A DNA stretch of 64,000 nt from Eledone cirrhosa. Lineage: Eukaryota. Positions within the stretch are counted from its first letter, which is position 1, and the number at the start of each line of letters is the position of its first letter. Shown here piece by piece: positions 43,123 to 56,917 of the stretch. Made by a program: the position numbers and the translations under genes. The stretch is from the NCBI GenBank assembly GCA_964016885.1, contig OZ024740.1, positions 310,062,001-310,126,000 on the forward strand, given 5' to 3'. The notes below the pieces were generated by a model. That model had not been told where the DNA came from. It made no database searches and was given only the letters and a program-made list of their open reading frames with translations.

Positions 43123-43172
43123 GAGCTGTACTGATGAAGGGTGATACCCAGAAACATTAGTATCTGCAGTTC
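43123..43172 (+). ncRNA. Type I hammerhead ribozyme (orphan), AUC cleavage after 43164
   Basis: GAGCUGUA-CUGAUGA-aGGGUgauACCCa-GAAA-cauuagua-UC-UGCAGUUC. Confidence 0.8.
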
Positions 43173-44387
43173 TGTTCGCATGCCAACACAAGAGCAAGAA
43201 TGAAATGTTCATTCTACTGACATCGTTATAAAAATGAGGCTTGTTTGTATAATTGCAAACGAATCGAATGTTATTATTAATACTCGAAAAACTCAGATTA
43301 CATATTGATTACATATGAAGATCCCGTTAAGGGTGAAAGCAGCGATTCTTTGCTTAAACTTTAATCTGTTATTTTAATAAATATTTGCTCTACGGTTCTT
43401 ATATATTTGATATACATTTATCCTTATTGAGCCCTCTTTGGATTTTAGTCTTCAAATTTATTATTATTACTATATATATATATAGTAATAATAATAAATA
43501 TACATATATATATCACACATATTTGGGAATGCTTACTTTATACAAATCAATATGCCTTAATGTTAAATTACATCACAATTTAAATTTATATTGAAGTAAA
43601 TGATTGTGAATGTCTATGTAAACAACAGATATATGTATTCTAATCATTCTATATGAGTATGTTTATGCATGTACTAGCATGTGATTACCAGCAACTTACC
43701 AACACAATGCAAATTGTTTGCACATGGAAGTATCGGTAGCTACTTATCATGCAGCTGGTCTGTATCATCTTTGATTGCATCAAAATATTTTCGCATTTTC
43801 TTCTTACAAGGATTATCATTAAAACATCACAATGCAGTTTACGCACGTTAATTTATTAGCTTGCTATATAATAGTTTCTGAACGTAAAGTATTGTGTATT
43901 CTCCTATTTAGAAACTTCACTACGGATTCGTCATATTTTCACAATTTAGAAATTTCCTTCGAGAATATCGCAACATCGTATTTAATCTGTTTTTCTGAAC
44001 TCGAAATGTTTTCTCTTACTTAATCCGAAAAAAATTTCCTCGCAACCACATCTATTATTGGCGAACAGCTTTAATATATAACGTACATAACCTTACGCAA
44101 ACACGGTAATCATATATTAAAAGACAAATACACCAATGTACTAGTTTTTAGGTTGGTTAAAGATCCAATAATTTCATGTGTTAAAGGTAATCGTGAAATA
44201 ATTTTCGTATAATTTTCGTGAAATAATTTTCGTATCAAGTCGTCGTTGTACTTGGGTCATTGACCTCTCGTTTGATATATGCCTTAGCAGGAAACATTAT
44301 ATAGAAATACATCTAATTAGTCACATTACTGTAACACTGTAACTGTAATTGTTACACCCTAAATTTTAGTAATCCTGGTAGTAATAA

Positions 44388-44458
44388 TTGTTTCTACTTT
44401 TGACACAAGGCCAGTAACTATCAGTGCATTACTGGTACTTTATTGTATCGACCCCGTT
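44388..44458 (-). mobile_element. SINE 3' fragment
   Basis: ACAAGGCCAG..TACTGGTACTTTATTGTATCGACCCC. Confidence 0.6.
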
Positions 44459-44894
44459 AATGATTCTTTACGCAAAACAACATAATCAGCGATCATTACA
44501 TCTGTAGCTTCATTAGTTCTGGTAGCAATTCCAAATGTTTCACGTGTAATCGTGTGGTTGTAATTACAATTATATTGTTAACCATCTCTTTCATTGCGTC
44601 AATGAGCCAGTAGTATTCACAAATATATTACCAGTAATAGTTTCGCTGCAATATCATGTGCTAATAGCTTGGATTGAAATAGTAATGATCAGTATACATA
44701 TTTTAATTCTGCTTTTGATTAGCTGAGTCTTTGGAAGACAAAATAGAATACCTTGCGGTATTACTTCTAGTTCTCTACGTTCTGATTTAAAATAATGCCA
44801 GGGTCGATTTGACTTCCCTTGCGCCGAGGACGATGAAATAAACATCAGTATCTGCGATGAATATTCTTTTCTATTATTCTCTTCTTCTCTTCGT

Positions 44895-45065
44895 AGCATA
44901 GTTTTACGGCTTTTCACGTTCTGAGTTCATATCCCACCGAGGTTAACTTTGCCTTTCATCTTTACAGTGTCGATAACATAAAGTACCAAAGCGTACTGGG
45001 GTCGATTTAATCGATTTTCCCCTTCCCTTCAGATTGCTGGCCTTGTACCTAAAGTACAAACAATT
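44895..45065 (+). mobile_element. tRNA-derived SINE (B-box to tail)
   Basis: GAGTTCATATCCCACCGAGGTTAACTTTGCCTTTCATC..TACTGGGGTCGAT..GCTGGCCTTGTACC. Confidence 0.75.
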
Positions 45066-45109
45066 CTTCTTCTTCTTCTTCTTCTTCTTCTTCTTCTTCT
45101 TCTTTTACC

Positions 45110-45566
45110 TTTTTATTTTATTTTTCATTTTATTTTTATTTTTATTTTTATTTTTATTTTTATTTTTATTTTTATTTTTATTTTTATTTTTATTTTTATT
45201 TTTATTTTTATTTTTATTTTTATTTTTATTTTTATTTTTATTTTTATTTTTATTTTTATTTTTATTTTTATTTTTATTTTTTATTTTTATTTTTATTTTT
45301 ATTTTTATTTTTATTTTTATTTTTATTTTTATTATTATTTTTATTTTTATTTTTATTTTTATTTTTATTTTTATTTTTATTTTTATTTTTATTTTTATTT
45401 TTATTTTTAATTTTATTTTTATTTTTATTTTTATTTTTATTCGTACACTTATTTGTGAGAGGATCACGGGGTCAGAATCCTCAAACACTCTGTTCAGTGT
45501 GTCGTGTCAGAAACAACCGGCTCAAACTGAGCGAGCTGGATCCCGAAACGAGTCCAGCCAGCCTCA
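45110..45566 (-). mobile_element. RTE-like LINE extreme 3' end with expanded (TAAAAA)n tail, abutting the Helitron
   Basis: Minus strand AGWTRFGIQLAQFEPVVSDTTH*TECLRILTP resembles the RTE C-terminus 'W.RLGI....L..V..DR..W...L.LL.P'. Confidence 0.55.
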
Positions 45567-46455
45567 TCTATATATATAAAACTGAGGATGTCTGTCTGTG
45601 TGTGTGTGAGTTTGAATCCCTAAAACTCGAGAAAAACCCAAGCGTCTGTTTTCAAACTTTACACCTGTTTCAGGGAGTATTCTGATCAAAATATCTTTCA
45701 AATGTTCAATGCCCTAAGGACCGCATTAGGCGATTTAGCGATCTCTTGCTATAATTCTTAGTCTTTCTCTATTTAGATAGATACATATAACGTCGCGTCC
45801 TTACAATATATGTCTGTATGTCTGGCTGTCTGCATTACTTCACTTCCCTGAGGATGTGTGTGTGTGTGTGTGTGTGTGTGTGAGTTTGAACCCCTAAAAC
45901 TCGAGAAATACCCAACCGACCTTTTTCAAACTTTACATGTGCATTACTTATGTTTCAGGGAGTGTTATGCACATAACAAAATTCAGGTTGAGGTGAAAAA
46001 CTGCGTTTCTTCAGGTTTTTAGGGTTTTTTTATGCGTTACGTGAGACCGATTTCCTTGAAATTGTAACTATGTATTTGTCAGTCTCTTCTTCATACGATG
46101 AGCAAAGAAAATCCAACTTTTTTATGGCTTAGGACCCGCATTAGGTGAAAAACTTCATTTTTTCAGCTTTTTAGGGCTTTTTGAGGCGTTACGACTAGCC
46201 AATTTTCTCGAAATTTCAAGGCATATTATGCACATAAAAAACATACATTTTCTTGATCCCTAGGGCTCGCATTAGGTGAAAACATGCATTTTTCCTGCTT
46301 CATCGAGTAAAATCTTAAAGATTAACCAGCCATCAGAGTATTCGGTTTATTTTCTTTACATATTGTCCACGCATGGAGTTTTTCCACGATTAGGTCTGTT
46401 GGCGGCTCGCGTTCCAAAATACCTTATCCCGTGCAACGCCGGGTACCAGTGCTAG
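45567..46455 (+). mobile_element. Non-autonomous Helitron (889 bp)
   Basis: A|TCTATATATATAAAA 5' end; CCCGTGCAACGCCGGG hairpin then CTAG|T 3' end; no TSD; internal duplication 45582-45663/45848-45935. Confidence 0.9.
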
Positions 46456-46571
46456 TAGAAAATAAATTATGAAGTCACACGCTTTGGAGGCAATATGTGA
46501 ATCCATACGCCGGCACATGTGAACGCCAATAAATATATACACACATGCATTTTATATACTTGATAAGGCAA

Positions 46572-46700
46572 CCTACAGGATAAAGTGGGAAGTTTTGGTG
46601 GATCAAGAAATCAGGACCAGGTATGCAGATACTATTGCATCCAAATTCAGAGAACTCCTTGAGCAAACTGAGGAAGTTGAACAGTTCAACACTTTGACCG
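46572..46700 (+). mobile_element. RTE-like LINE internal fragment (post-endonuclease linker)
   Basis: YRIKWEVLVDQEIRTRYADTIASKFRELLEQTEEVE. Confidence 0.5.
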
Positions 46701-48047
46701 CCAGGTTTTGTGAGGAACATAACTTCTGTCGTATCCTGTTAATGAAGAATCACTAGCGATCGCTTGTTCTAGCGAACGTAGACACTTGATGTGTTATAAA
46801 ATTAGGTTGTATACCCCATATTTTCAATAGACATGTGGACAATGTTGATGTGATAATGATTTGAATGATCGTTAGGATGAGTTTATCGATACATTCAATT
46901 ATTGACACATGAATAAATATATTAGTATTCAGCATTGAGAATTCATTTTATGACAATACAATAGAATACATATTGTGATGAATATCTTGATTTAGACAAA
47001 TATATGCAATACGAAATTAGCTACAATATTTATGATGTCTAGAACTGCAATTTTTCTAATTCAATTTTCACTAGATTTAGTCCAGAGCAATTCACAACTA
47101 TTGCGATGTAAATATGAATACTAAGACGTAATCTTAACAGACGGTCGACGCCAGTAAATACACACATATATCTTTATGAGAAACAAGAACATATTAAAAT
47201 ATTTCAGACAACCATTTTGCTCAGGTATTTTACGTAAGGCATCTGCACATATATTCACAGATAACTACAGAATCTAATAAATTGCGAATGCATAATTTCC
47301 TCGCCGTTTAACGCATGCATATTATACGTAAATATGGAATATTTATTGGAATTTTGATCTACATTTGCTATGAAATTCAATGCTGAATATTCTTCTTTTC
47401 AGACATGAGTAACGTTTCCTGCACAAAATAGTATAAAGTAGCATTGTTTCCTAAAATCTGTCAACAGGAATTTAACTGGAACCCTTTTAGTATTTCCACA
47501 TTTGCCATTAACCCAATTTATCAACGAGAAATGAAAAAAAGACGTTCTTTCCTATAGCATCGATTCTCGTTATTCATATATATATTTAGTGCAGTTCTGT
47601 TTTTTCATAGCATTTAAATTCTCATTTAACATAAGTGGCATGAATGACCTTACCCTTTTAGTCATTCGTATATAATAAATATAGGTATTTACTACATTAT
47701 TACTTCACAAATAAACTTAGGGAAATGTTGATAGCATATGTCTTCTGACAGGATACTTGAAAATCATATTGCTTGCTCTTAGTACACTTTTCGTTTGATT
47801 ATGACACCAGGCTAAAATCAAGTTTAAATCTAATTTCATTTTACATAACAACGCATTCTGACTAAGGATACTTGATAGTTGTCATAGTAAGTTTGTATAT
47901 CTGGATTTATCCTTTTAATTGAGTTCTGTGAACCATACTATTTTTAGTCAGTATGTTCTTCAGGCTGGCGGTTTCTGTCCCTTGTTATTTGAACGCATAT
48001 AGTTACATATCTGTGTTCGTCTTTATTTACTGTGTTACCCACACACA

Positions 48048-48184
<137 letters not shown>

Positions 48185-48202
48185 TTATATATATATATAT
48201 AC

Positions 48203-48233
<31 letters not shown>

Positions 48234-48427
48234 TGTATATATAAATTGTTTTGTGAGGTGTGTATGTGGTTTGTAATAACCATTGCATTGTATTACGATA
48301 TAAGCATTATATCCATGTATAAATCAGATATATTTATACCCTTCAGTGTTATGGTGTTGGATGTAGTTTGTAGCAATTGCCTCTAGGTTTGAATAAATGG
48401 TGAGACTTTGAAAGAGCGATGCAATAT

Positions 48428-48556
48428 TGATTTCTGATTTAGGCACAAGGCGAACAATCTTTCAGGAGATGGGAAATCGATTAAATCGACCCCACTGCAT
48501 TACTGGTGCTTTATTTATCGACCTCGTAAGAATGAAAGGCAAAACTATTCTCGGCG
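48428..48556 (-). mobile_element. SINE fragment
   Basis: GGCACAAGGC..ATCGACCCC..TACTGGTGCTTTATTTATCGACC..ATGAAAGGCAAA. Confidence 0.7.
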
Positions 48557-50879
48557 TTTCAGTAATATGGACAACATAGCATTTGAATTCTGGACGTTTC
48601 CAAATTTCAAACTACATTAGTACTCATTCTCAGATTTACACAATTACGCTTGTATTTCACAACGATGTTTATAATTTTATATATTCACTGTAGTTTATAT
48701 ATATATATTATGGTTATTTCATGTTAATTAATGCATTTACCGGTTGTAATTATTAATCAATAAATATTTGTCTGTTGAGTTGCCGGACCAATACATGAAG
48801 GGAACCCTGTCCATTTCACTACCTTTTAGAATCTTTTAAGCATGTTTGTCTTCCATCCTTCAATGAATATGAAACAATGAAATAAGCATGTAATTAATAC
48901 AAGAACTGACAATCATATTTCAGCGTGAATAACATAATGAGCGGCCAAATATGAGAATGGATGATGTCAACTGCTTATGACCTTAATGTTGTCATGTTGT
49001 GGTCATGTAAGAAATTGTATTTATTAGGCTTCCTAAAACAATACTCAAATACTTTTGCAAATAATGAAATGTACAGACAAACATATATATGCACACTTTA
49101 TTTATATATCTTTATACCGTTTATCCACATATATATTATTCTAATTTTGCTTGAGTAAAAACCAGCGTGCTTACATGCATTGCAAAGATGTGGGGATTAT
49201 TTCTCAACTGACTACTTGCTACATTGATCTATGAAAATGTATTTCAAAACCACATTTGCTTGACAAGTTAATTCTGATTTCAGACTTATATCAGTGACAC
49301 GCAGAACTAATATCATTACGAGGAAGTTTAATTTTATAGCACAGAATCAGGTTTTCTTAATTAAAAATGTATTCTTTATATCGTAATAAAAATAAAATAT
49401 ATTTTTTTCTGTTCGTGCATTCTATGTAAGCTCAAAAATATAGAAGAATGCATTGAATAAGCGAACACCAATAATCATTAACATGAGTAATTCATGAGTC
49501 AGCTTTCCCATGGCAACATGTGTATTTTTTCTTTTAAATGGAATGTTACTTTTCGTAATCCATGAAACAAATTTGTAATATGATGCTGGTATCATTTCAA
49601 AATTATAATGATTGTATTCATTTTTCAACACAAGTTTTCTGTAAATATATTTCTTTCTTTTCCTTTGTGTGTTTTGTTCTTATTTATATTACCAGATTCT
49701 TACATATTTTCATGGGTAGTCATGTACATATTCCCAGATTTATTTGTTTGTATCTAATGTAATAATCTGGATTCTAGTTATTTTGTTTCCTTTGATTTGG
49801 CACGTTTGTCTATTCGCATACAAGTGTGTAAAGTTTTTGAAGCCTTTGTACATATTGTTGCTTTCCTTCGGCAAATATTTAACCGAATCAAAACTAAGCA
49901 GATGAATAAAGAAGACAAGATAATTAACTGAAATTTTACCCTGCCTAAGAATTCAGCAACATTTTAAGCAACTTAGCTTTTTCTTGCTGTCATATATGTT
50001 CTGTAGTTTGATATGGCATACTTCACAAACAGTGTTAGTATTGCTTATAGACTATGCAATAGAAAATCTTGTCATGTTATCAAATGTATTGCGGGAACTA
50101 ACCCATGCCATATAAAGTTTTATTTTAATATTAGTTGCAAACAATTTGAACATGACACGAAGATTATGTTTACATTCATACATACGTTACAATCGGTGAC
50201 CTTGTGTTTAAACTACGAAATATATCATATTTCGAATTGAATTATTGAATATATGGCTGCTCGTTTCACTCATAGAAGTATACTTGACGCAATCTGCAAC
50301 CAGAATCAGTCTACAAATGTATGCAGGGTGGCTGAAAATTTTAATTATAGATGAACACGTTACGGAATTTCATGCTTACTGTAACAAAGCTTAGGTCGAT
50401 CAGTAGCAATGGTAAAATATACTTGGGCCAGAACCTGCCCTGCGGTATCAAATATGGTACCTCGTGGGGTTTTTTTTCTCCAGTACAACTATGCATACCT
50501 TCTTATTTCATTTCTTCTAGTATCATATCACTTCCGGAGATATGTAATTGATTTAGAGGTATTGGGCATACATAGATATGAGCTACAGGTAAGTTATTAT
50601 TTATAAATGATTAAACTTTAAGTTTGTGAAGTATTTGAATGATGTTTTCTAATCAAATGTATTATATAGTTTTATCAATTACATGGATTTTTCAGATACA
50701 TGTGACAATGACACTGCTGCAGAATACATTGCTAGTGACGCTCCAGATTGATGTGGTATTTGTATTTGATGTATTAATTTATGATATATTTATAGTTTTA
50801 ATTCATAAGAATCCCATGCTTCGTCCTACGATCGAACACCTGAAATAAATTGATGCGACATAGGAAATAGTCTTAGCCA

Positions 50880-51160
50880 TTAATGATTTCCTTATTAGCC
50901 ACACAGAGTTAACATTAAACCAACATTAAAGACAACAAAGAACGGTGAAATGCGTAAAATATGTTTCAGAAAACAACCAACGTAAAAAAAAATCGAACAA
51001 AAGAAAATTTCCCATTACAGGAAAATTACGAGGATCACTCTTGAGAGCACTAAAAAAACCATGATCACCCTGGTCGTTAGGACAAGTGACCCCTTCTAGT
51101 TTTTCTCCTCTAATCTAAAGGTGCTCACTCCGAGCATTCACTCGGGGCATGCTCACCACT
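50880..51160 (-). mobile_element. Old Tx1-family 3' end remnant
   Basis: AATGATTTCCTTATTAGCCAC, AAATTTCCC..CGAGGATCACTC, CACCCTG and TTCACTCGG align with 57447-57790. Confidence 0.65.
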
Positions 51161-51229
51161 ATCATACAACTTTCAAGAAACTGGTTAGAAGTATATCGAC
51201 AATTTGTATCAACCTTTACCTTAAACCCA

Positions 51230-51590
51230 CAGATGACTGGATGATGAAAAGGGTCGCAGTTCACGAAAGGAAGACAAGGTTTCATTAAGTCACAAAGGAA
51301 TATCGGAAGTTTCTAGAACTGGGAATACATTTTGAAAACAATGGCGATTCTGCAATTAACGTAGCAAAGAATATCAACGTGTTGGCAAATTGTGCACTAA
51401 ATTGTGCTACTGCATGGGTATTATGTTCTCCGTACTAAACAACCTAATATAGATCAAACTCTCTCACCTATCTGTGGTTGCAGAGTTCTGGCCTAAAAGC
51501 AGAAACAGATATTCCAAAGAATTATCGCCCTAACATTTTCCTTCCCAAAGCATACCAAATTCTCATTTGAATCTTTACTGTGCTCGGTAA
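51230..51590 (+). mobile_element. Old R4 family-1 fragment
   Basis: DDWMMKRVAVHE.. and QPNIDQTL..WLQSSGLKAET resemble 14300-14650. Confidence 0.6.
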
Positions 51591-51654
51591 AGCAGTAATG
51601 ATTCGCAATAACAATAATAATGGAAATACTAATAATAATGATAATAATAATAAT

Positions 51655-52080
51655 ATTAATGACTTAGAACACAATAGGCCTGACCTGGTGGTTCGGGACA
51701 AGAAAAAAAGGTCGTGCCTGATTGTACATGTAACCTGCCCATTCGACACGAGAGTGCAAGAGAACGAGAGGGAGAAAATTAACCGATACCAGGACTTAAA
51801 GTGTGAGTATAAAAGGATTTGTAACTGCCATGAAGTCAAGGTCGTGCCGATTGTCATAGGCACACTGGGTACTATCTCAAAGAGTTTCCAAGGATGGTTA
51901 AAGAAGATTAGACCAGCCCCGCTTTTTGGAACACTTCAAAAGGCATGCTTGCTTGGAACAGCAAGAACCCTCCGATACGTCCTGAATATCTGAGGATGCA
52001 GGTAGCGGCTTGATATTCATTTCAACAAACTTTCCAGTTAAATAACATCAATGACTGAGACTCAAAGAACAATAATAATA
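51655..52080 (+). mobile_element. R4 family-2 3' fragment (RLE plus 3' UTR) between TAA repeats
   Basis: LEHNRPDLVV..EKINRYQDLK..ACLLGTARTLRYVLNI*, near-identical to 56440-56850. Confidence 0.9.
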
Positions 52081-52084
52081 AACA

Positions 52085-52204
52085 CCTAAATATGCATCTG
52101 TGTGTATGTATGTTCTTTCCTGAACATGGCGGGCCTTGTTGTCTCTTCAGGTCATTGGTTGTGACTTGGTGATAACTCATATGAACATAAAGCAAGATAA
52201 ATGC

Positions 52205-52288
<84 letters not shown>

Positions 52289-52290
52289 AA
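52085..52290 (+). mobile_element. R4 family-1 3' UTR fragment with (TAA)n(GAA)n tail
   Basis: Matches 15278-15410. Confidence 0.85.
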
Positions 52291-53184
52291 GGGAAGAAGA
52301 CGCACGAGGTGACGGAGGTCATAAAATCGCTCCCGTAAGTTTTGAATTTTTAACATATTTAAATCATTTGTGAAATAACAACTCTTAGTACAAATGCTAC
52401 GTAAAGCACCCGGCTTGAGCCCCAAAAAATTCGGACCCAAAATATATTGTTATAAGGCTCAAATATTCAAATATTCAACTTTGTATTGTACACTGTATAT
52501 CCAAAAAAGAAAATGGCTATAAATGGAAGAAGAACCCCCCCCCCTCCTCTCCTCTGTCTACACTATATAGAACAGCCAAACTCACCAACACCAGAAACTA
52601 GATACACCACCCACTCCATCACCTGTGTACACTAAACACAACAGCCAGATAACGGCATTTTCACCACCACCGCTCACTACGACCATCATTACCACCATTA
52701 TCCCATCACCGCCGCCACCACCCCTTCACTCCTTCACTGCTACCACCGCTACAGCACCATCACTACAGTAATACGGTCACAGCACCGCCACCACTGCCTC
52801 GATATCGACATCACCACCACCACTGTCTCAGTATCGCTACCGCCGCCAGTCACCCACTTCACTTAGCTGGCTGCTGCCACCACATTATAGAATTCCTACT
52901 GCTAAAAAAGAGGAAGGCATCAAAATATATAGATAGACTCAAAAGAAAAAAGAAAAAACAAACAACAAAACCAAAGCAGCACAGCAACAACAGCAAAAAA
53001 CGAGAAAAACAAACAGAGAAAAACAAAAACAAAAAAAAAAAACCCAAAAAACGTAAAGAAAATAAGAATGAAGAGAGAAGCACGCGGACGGACAGAGAAG
53101 AGGGGGGAAAAACTAAAACTTAAAAAACAAAAACTAAGTCAGACATTCGAACACTACATTACAATGAAACTTATGCTTATTCAT

Positions 53185-56100
53185 TTTTGGGGTCCTTTCT
53201 GCCTGTGTGTTTGTTTGTTTATGTGTGTTCGTATACAGCGTGGTGATAATGCCACACAAGGGCCAAGTGGAATGGCGGATCCACAGATGGCTATGTAACC
53301 ATACATTCGCCAATCCTCGATAAGAGTGTTTAAATATCGAACATAAACAGTTCGAATAACGGTGAAATGGAGACTAGAACGTCATGTGACAGACTCTCAC
53401 CCAACAGGTGCCCCCTGGCTCAGCAGCAGGAACCTGACTGTCAACCAAATACTGCTGATGTTGGAGGAAGGAGAAGAAGGAAAGGGGCCAGAACCAACTG
53501 GACGAAAGAATTGAATAGAACTGTTATACAATGTTACCTGAAAAGTAACCCCAAGGAGAGAGGCTACAGGAGACGGATGCATAACATCTGGAACGAGATT
53601 GGTTTATTTAAATTAGATGAACAAAAATTGGCCGGGCAGGCTCGGGTAATAAGAACTAATGGGTGGATAAGCGAGCTGGAACTGGAGGAACTGAGCAGAG
53701 CGAATGGCTTGGAGATGGCGGGTGTAGTATGCCAGACAAGCGAGCCAGTGGGAAATGAAGGTGAAGAGGTCCTGAGAACGGAGTAACCACCCGAGGCAGA
53801 CAATGATCTGAATACTGAGATAAATAATACCTGGAACAGAGATACAGCCACTGAAGAGATGAATGCTGACGGGCTAGGACAAGATTCGGTTGACATCCTA
53901 AATTTAGTGGTAGATGAATTGAACAATGATAGTGGGTGACCTATGAACCTAAGATTTGTAGACAGGAAAAAGTTAAAAGAAACAACAGCTAAGGTAAACA
54001 AAGTCATCCCATACCTTGAGGCGAGGAGCCTTCACCAGTGCAACAATATCCTCAAAGCAACAGCAAATACGGTGAGGAAACTACTTGGTATAAAAGCGAG
54101 AGGAAACAACAGACAAGAAAGAGCAGAGCCGTGGTGGAAGAAGCGACTGAGTGGGCAAATCGGGGAAATGAGAAATGACATAGGAAAGCTTGAGTCACTA
54201 CTGAATGGGACACTAAAAAACATAGGCACTAAAAATAGACTGGAAATAAAATACAAAACTAGGAGGAAAAAGCTAAAAAAAGCTAAATATTATCATAGAG
54301 GAACTGAAGCAACGCATTGTAGCAAAGAGTGCAAAAATCAGGCGATACGAGAACAGAGTCAGTCAGTATAAACAGAACCGCATATTCGACAACAACCAGA
54401 AGATGCTGTTTGGACAGCTTGAGGGGAAAGAAAGAGGCAACGACTTGATCCCTGGGGCGGAGCAAACTAAAACATTCTGGAGAGGAATATGGGAGCAGGA
54501 TGTTAGACATAATGTCCAGGCAGGGTGGATTGAGACAGTACAGAGGGAGATCGGTGAGCAGGCACAACAACAAACTGATTTGAGTATCACAGTTGAAACT
54601 CTTAAGGGGCAGGCCAAAAAACTAACTAACTGGAAATCACCAGGCCCAGATGGTGTGCAGGGGTATTGGATTAAACATTTAACATCCCTCCACCCGAAGC
54701 TGACGGCCATGTTCAATGACTGCTTGGTGTCGGGTGAGGTGCCAGAGTGGTTGACAAAAGGTACCACAGTTCTGATAATGAAAGACCGAATCAAGGGTAA
54801 TGATGTTACCAACTATAGACCTATCACATGTCTGTCCGTAATGTGGAAACTGTTGACGAGCATTGTGTCTGAGGAAATCTACCATCACCTCCACACAAAC
54901 AACTTGTTACCGGACGAACAGAAAGGATGCCGAAAGAAGTCACGTGGTACAAAGGACCAGTTACTTATTGATAAGATGGTAATGGGGAATTGCAGGAGGA
55001 GACACACTGATCTTGCCATGGGATGGATAGACTACAGAAAGGCATTTGACATGGTGCCTCATTCTTGGATCACCAAAAGCCTGGAGATATTCAGGGTGGC
55101 AGATAACATCAGACAGTTGCTAGGCAGGAGTATGGGGTCCTGGGAGACAGAGTTGACATCAACTGGAGTATCCTTGGGAAGCGTGAAGATCAAGAGAGGT
55201 ATCTTCCAGGGAGATAGCCTGTCCCCTCTGTTATTTGTCCTTGCCCTGATGCCCTTGACCATTATGCTGCGAAAAGTGAGAGCAGGATACAAGTTGGGAA
55301 GGGGAGAGCTTACCATCAATCACCTCCTCTTCATGGACGATCTTAAGCTCTTCGGGAAAAGTGAGAAGGAGTTGGATGTGCTTGTTGACACTGTCCGTAT
55401 TTTCAGCAGTGATATATGTATGCAGTTTGGTATTGGTAAATGTGGAGTCATTGAGATGAGGAGGGGTAGGTTGAGCAGAAGTAACGGGATCCAGATACCA
55501 ACAGGTGAGATGATAAAGGAAATTGACTCTGAGGAAGGATACAAGTATTTGGGCGTTCTGGAGGCTGATGGCATAAAGAACAAAAAAATGAAGGAATTGT
55601 TAAGAACTGAATACATTCGGAGAGTAAGGAGCGTATTGAAGTCACATCTGAACAGCAGAAATGCCATAAGCGCAGTAAATTCCCGAGCTGTGTCTATTAT
55701 TAGGTACAGTGCGGGAATTCTGAGATGGAATGTTGCTGAACAAAAAGAAATGGATAGGAAGACTAGGAAGCTATTGACTATCTACAACATGTTCCACAAG
55801 AGGAGTGATGTCGATAGACTCTACCTAAGGAGATCTGAGGGTGGAAGAGGTCTTATCAGCATAGAGGACTGTGTTCAGATGGAGAAAAACAACCTATACA
55901 AATACGTGACCTATAGTAAGGAGCCAATGCTCAGAACTGTACTGAAGGAGGGGACAGTAGGCCAGGGGATGTCCAAGGAGGAAATAACATCAAGGAGGAA
56001 GAGCAGCCTTAAGGAAAAATCCCTTCATAGTACCTTCTTTGAGAAAACTGAATTTTAGAGATCCACAGACATGGAACTGGTTGAGAAGAGGAGACCTCAA

Positions 56101-56853
56101 AAAGGCTACAGAAGGAATGCTAATGGCTGCGCAGGAGCAGGCCCTCAAAACGAAGTGGTTGAAGCACCATATTTACAAGGAGGAGGCTAGCCCACTGTGC
56201 AGGATCTGTGGAGAGAGAGAGGAGACTGTGGCTCACATTGTGTCCGAGTGTCAACACCTAGCCCAGACCCACTATAAGGGCTGGAGACACGATGTGATGG
56301 GCAGGGTGATCCACTGGCACCTGTGCAAAGTAAACAATTTACCACATTCTGAGAAATGGTATGAGCATAGGCCAGAGGCGGTGATGGAGAACAATCAGGT
56401 GAAGGTGCTGTGGGATTTTAGGATACAGACGGACAAAAAACTGGAACACAATAGACCTGACCTGGTGGTTGTGGACAAAGAAAAAAGATCGTGTCTGATT
56501 GTGGATGTGGCCTGCCCGTTCGACACGAGAGTGCAAGAGAAGGAGAGGGAGAAAATTAACCGATACCAGGACCTAAAGTGGGAGGTGAAAAGGATTTGGA
56601 ACTGTCATGAAGTCAAAGTGATCCCGATTGTCATAGGCGCACTGGGGACTATCTCCAAAAGTTTCCAAGGATGGTTAAAGAAAATCGGCCCCTTCACGCT
56701 TTTTGGAACGCTTCAAAAGGCATGCTTGCTTGGAACAGCAAGAACCCTCCGATACGTCCTGAATATCTGAGGCTGCAGGTAGTGGCTTGATATTCATTCC
56801 AACGGACTTTCCAGTTAACCAACATCAATGACTGAGATTCAAGGAATAACAAC

Positions 56854-56915
<62 letters not shown>
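53185..56915 (+). mobile_element. R4/Dong-like RLE LINE, family 2, near full length
   Basis: ORF 53367-56770, 3' UTR and (TAA)n tail 56850-56915; 5' boundary approximate. Confidence 0.9.
53367..56770 (+). pseudogene. R4-clade ORF (RT, CCHC, RLE) with two stops and about two frameshifts
   Basis: WTKELN..RGYRRRM, WKSPGPDG, NYRPITCL, EQKGCRKKSRGTKDQLL, GIFQGDSLSP, HLLFMDDLKL, CRICGEREETVAHIVSEC, RHD, RPDLVV..VDVACP..EKINRY. Confidence 0.95.
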
Positions 56916-56916
<1 letters not shown>

Positions 56917-56917
56917 T

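Noticed and set aside
45455-45562. Cluster of small hairpins with CTGAGCGA..GAAAC..GTC
   Set aside because: Core spacing is wrong, and the minus strand translates as an RTE C-terminus
53190-53340. HDV-like ribozyme expected in R4 5' UTRs (also 11470-11620)
   Set aside because: Only a TGGCGGAT/ATTCGCCA stem was found; the nested double pseudoknot could not be assembled by eye
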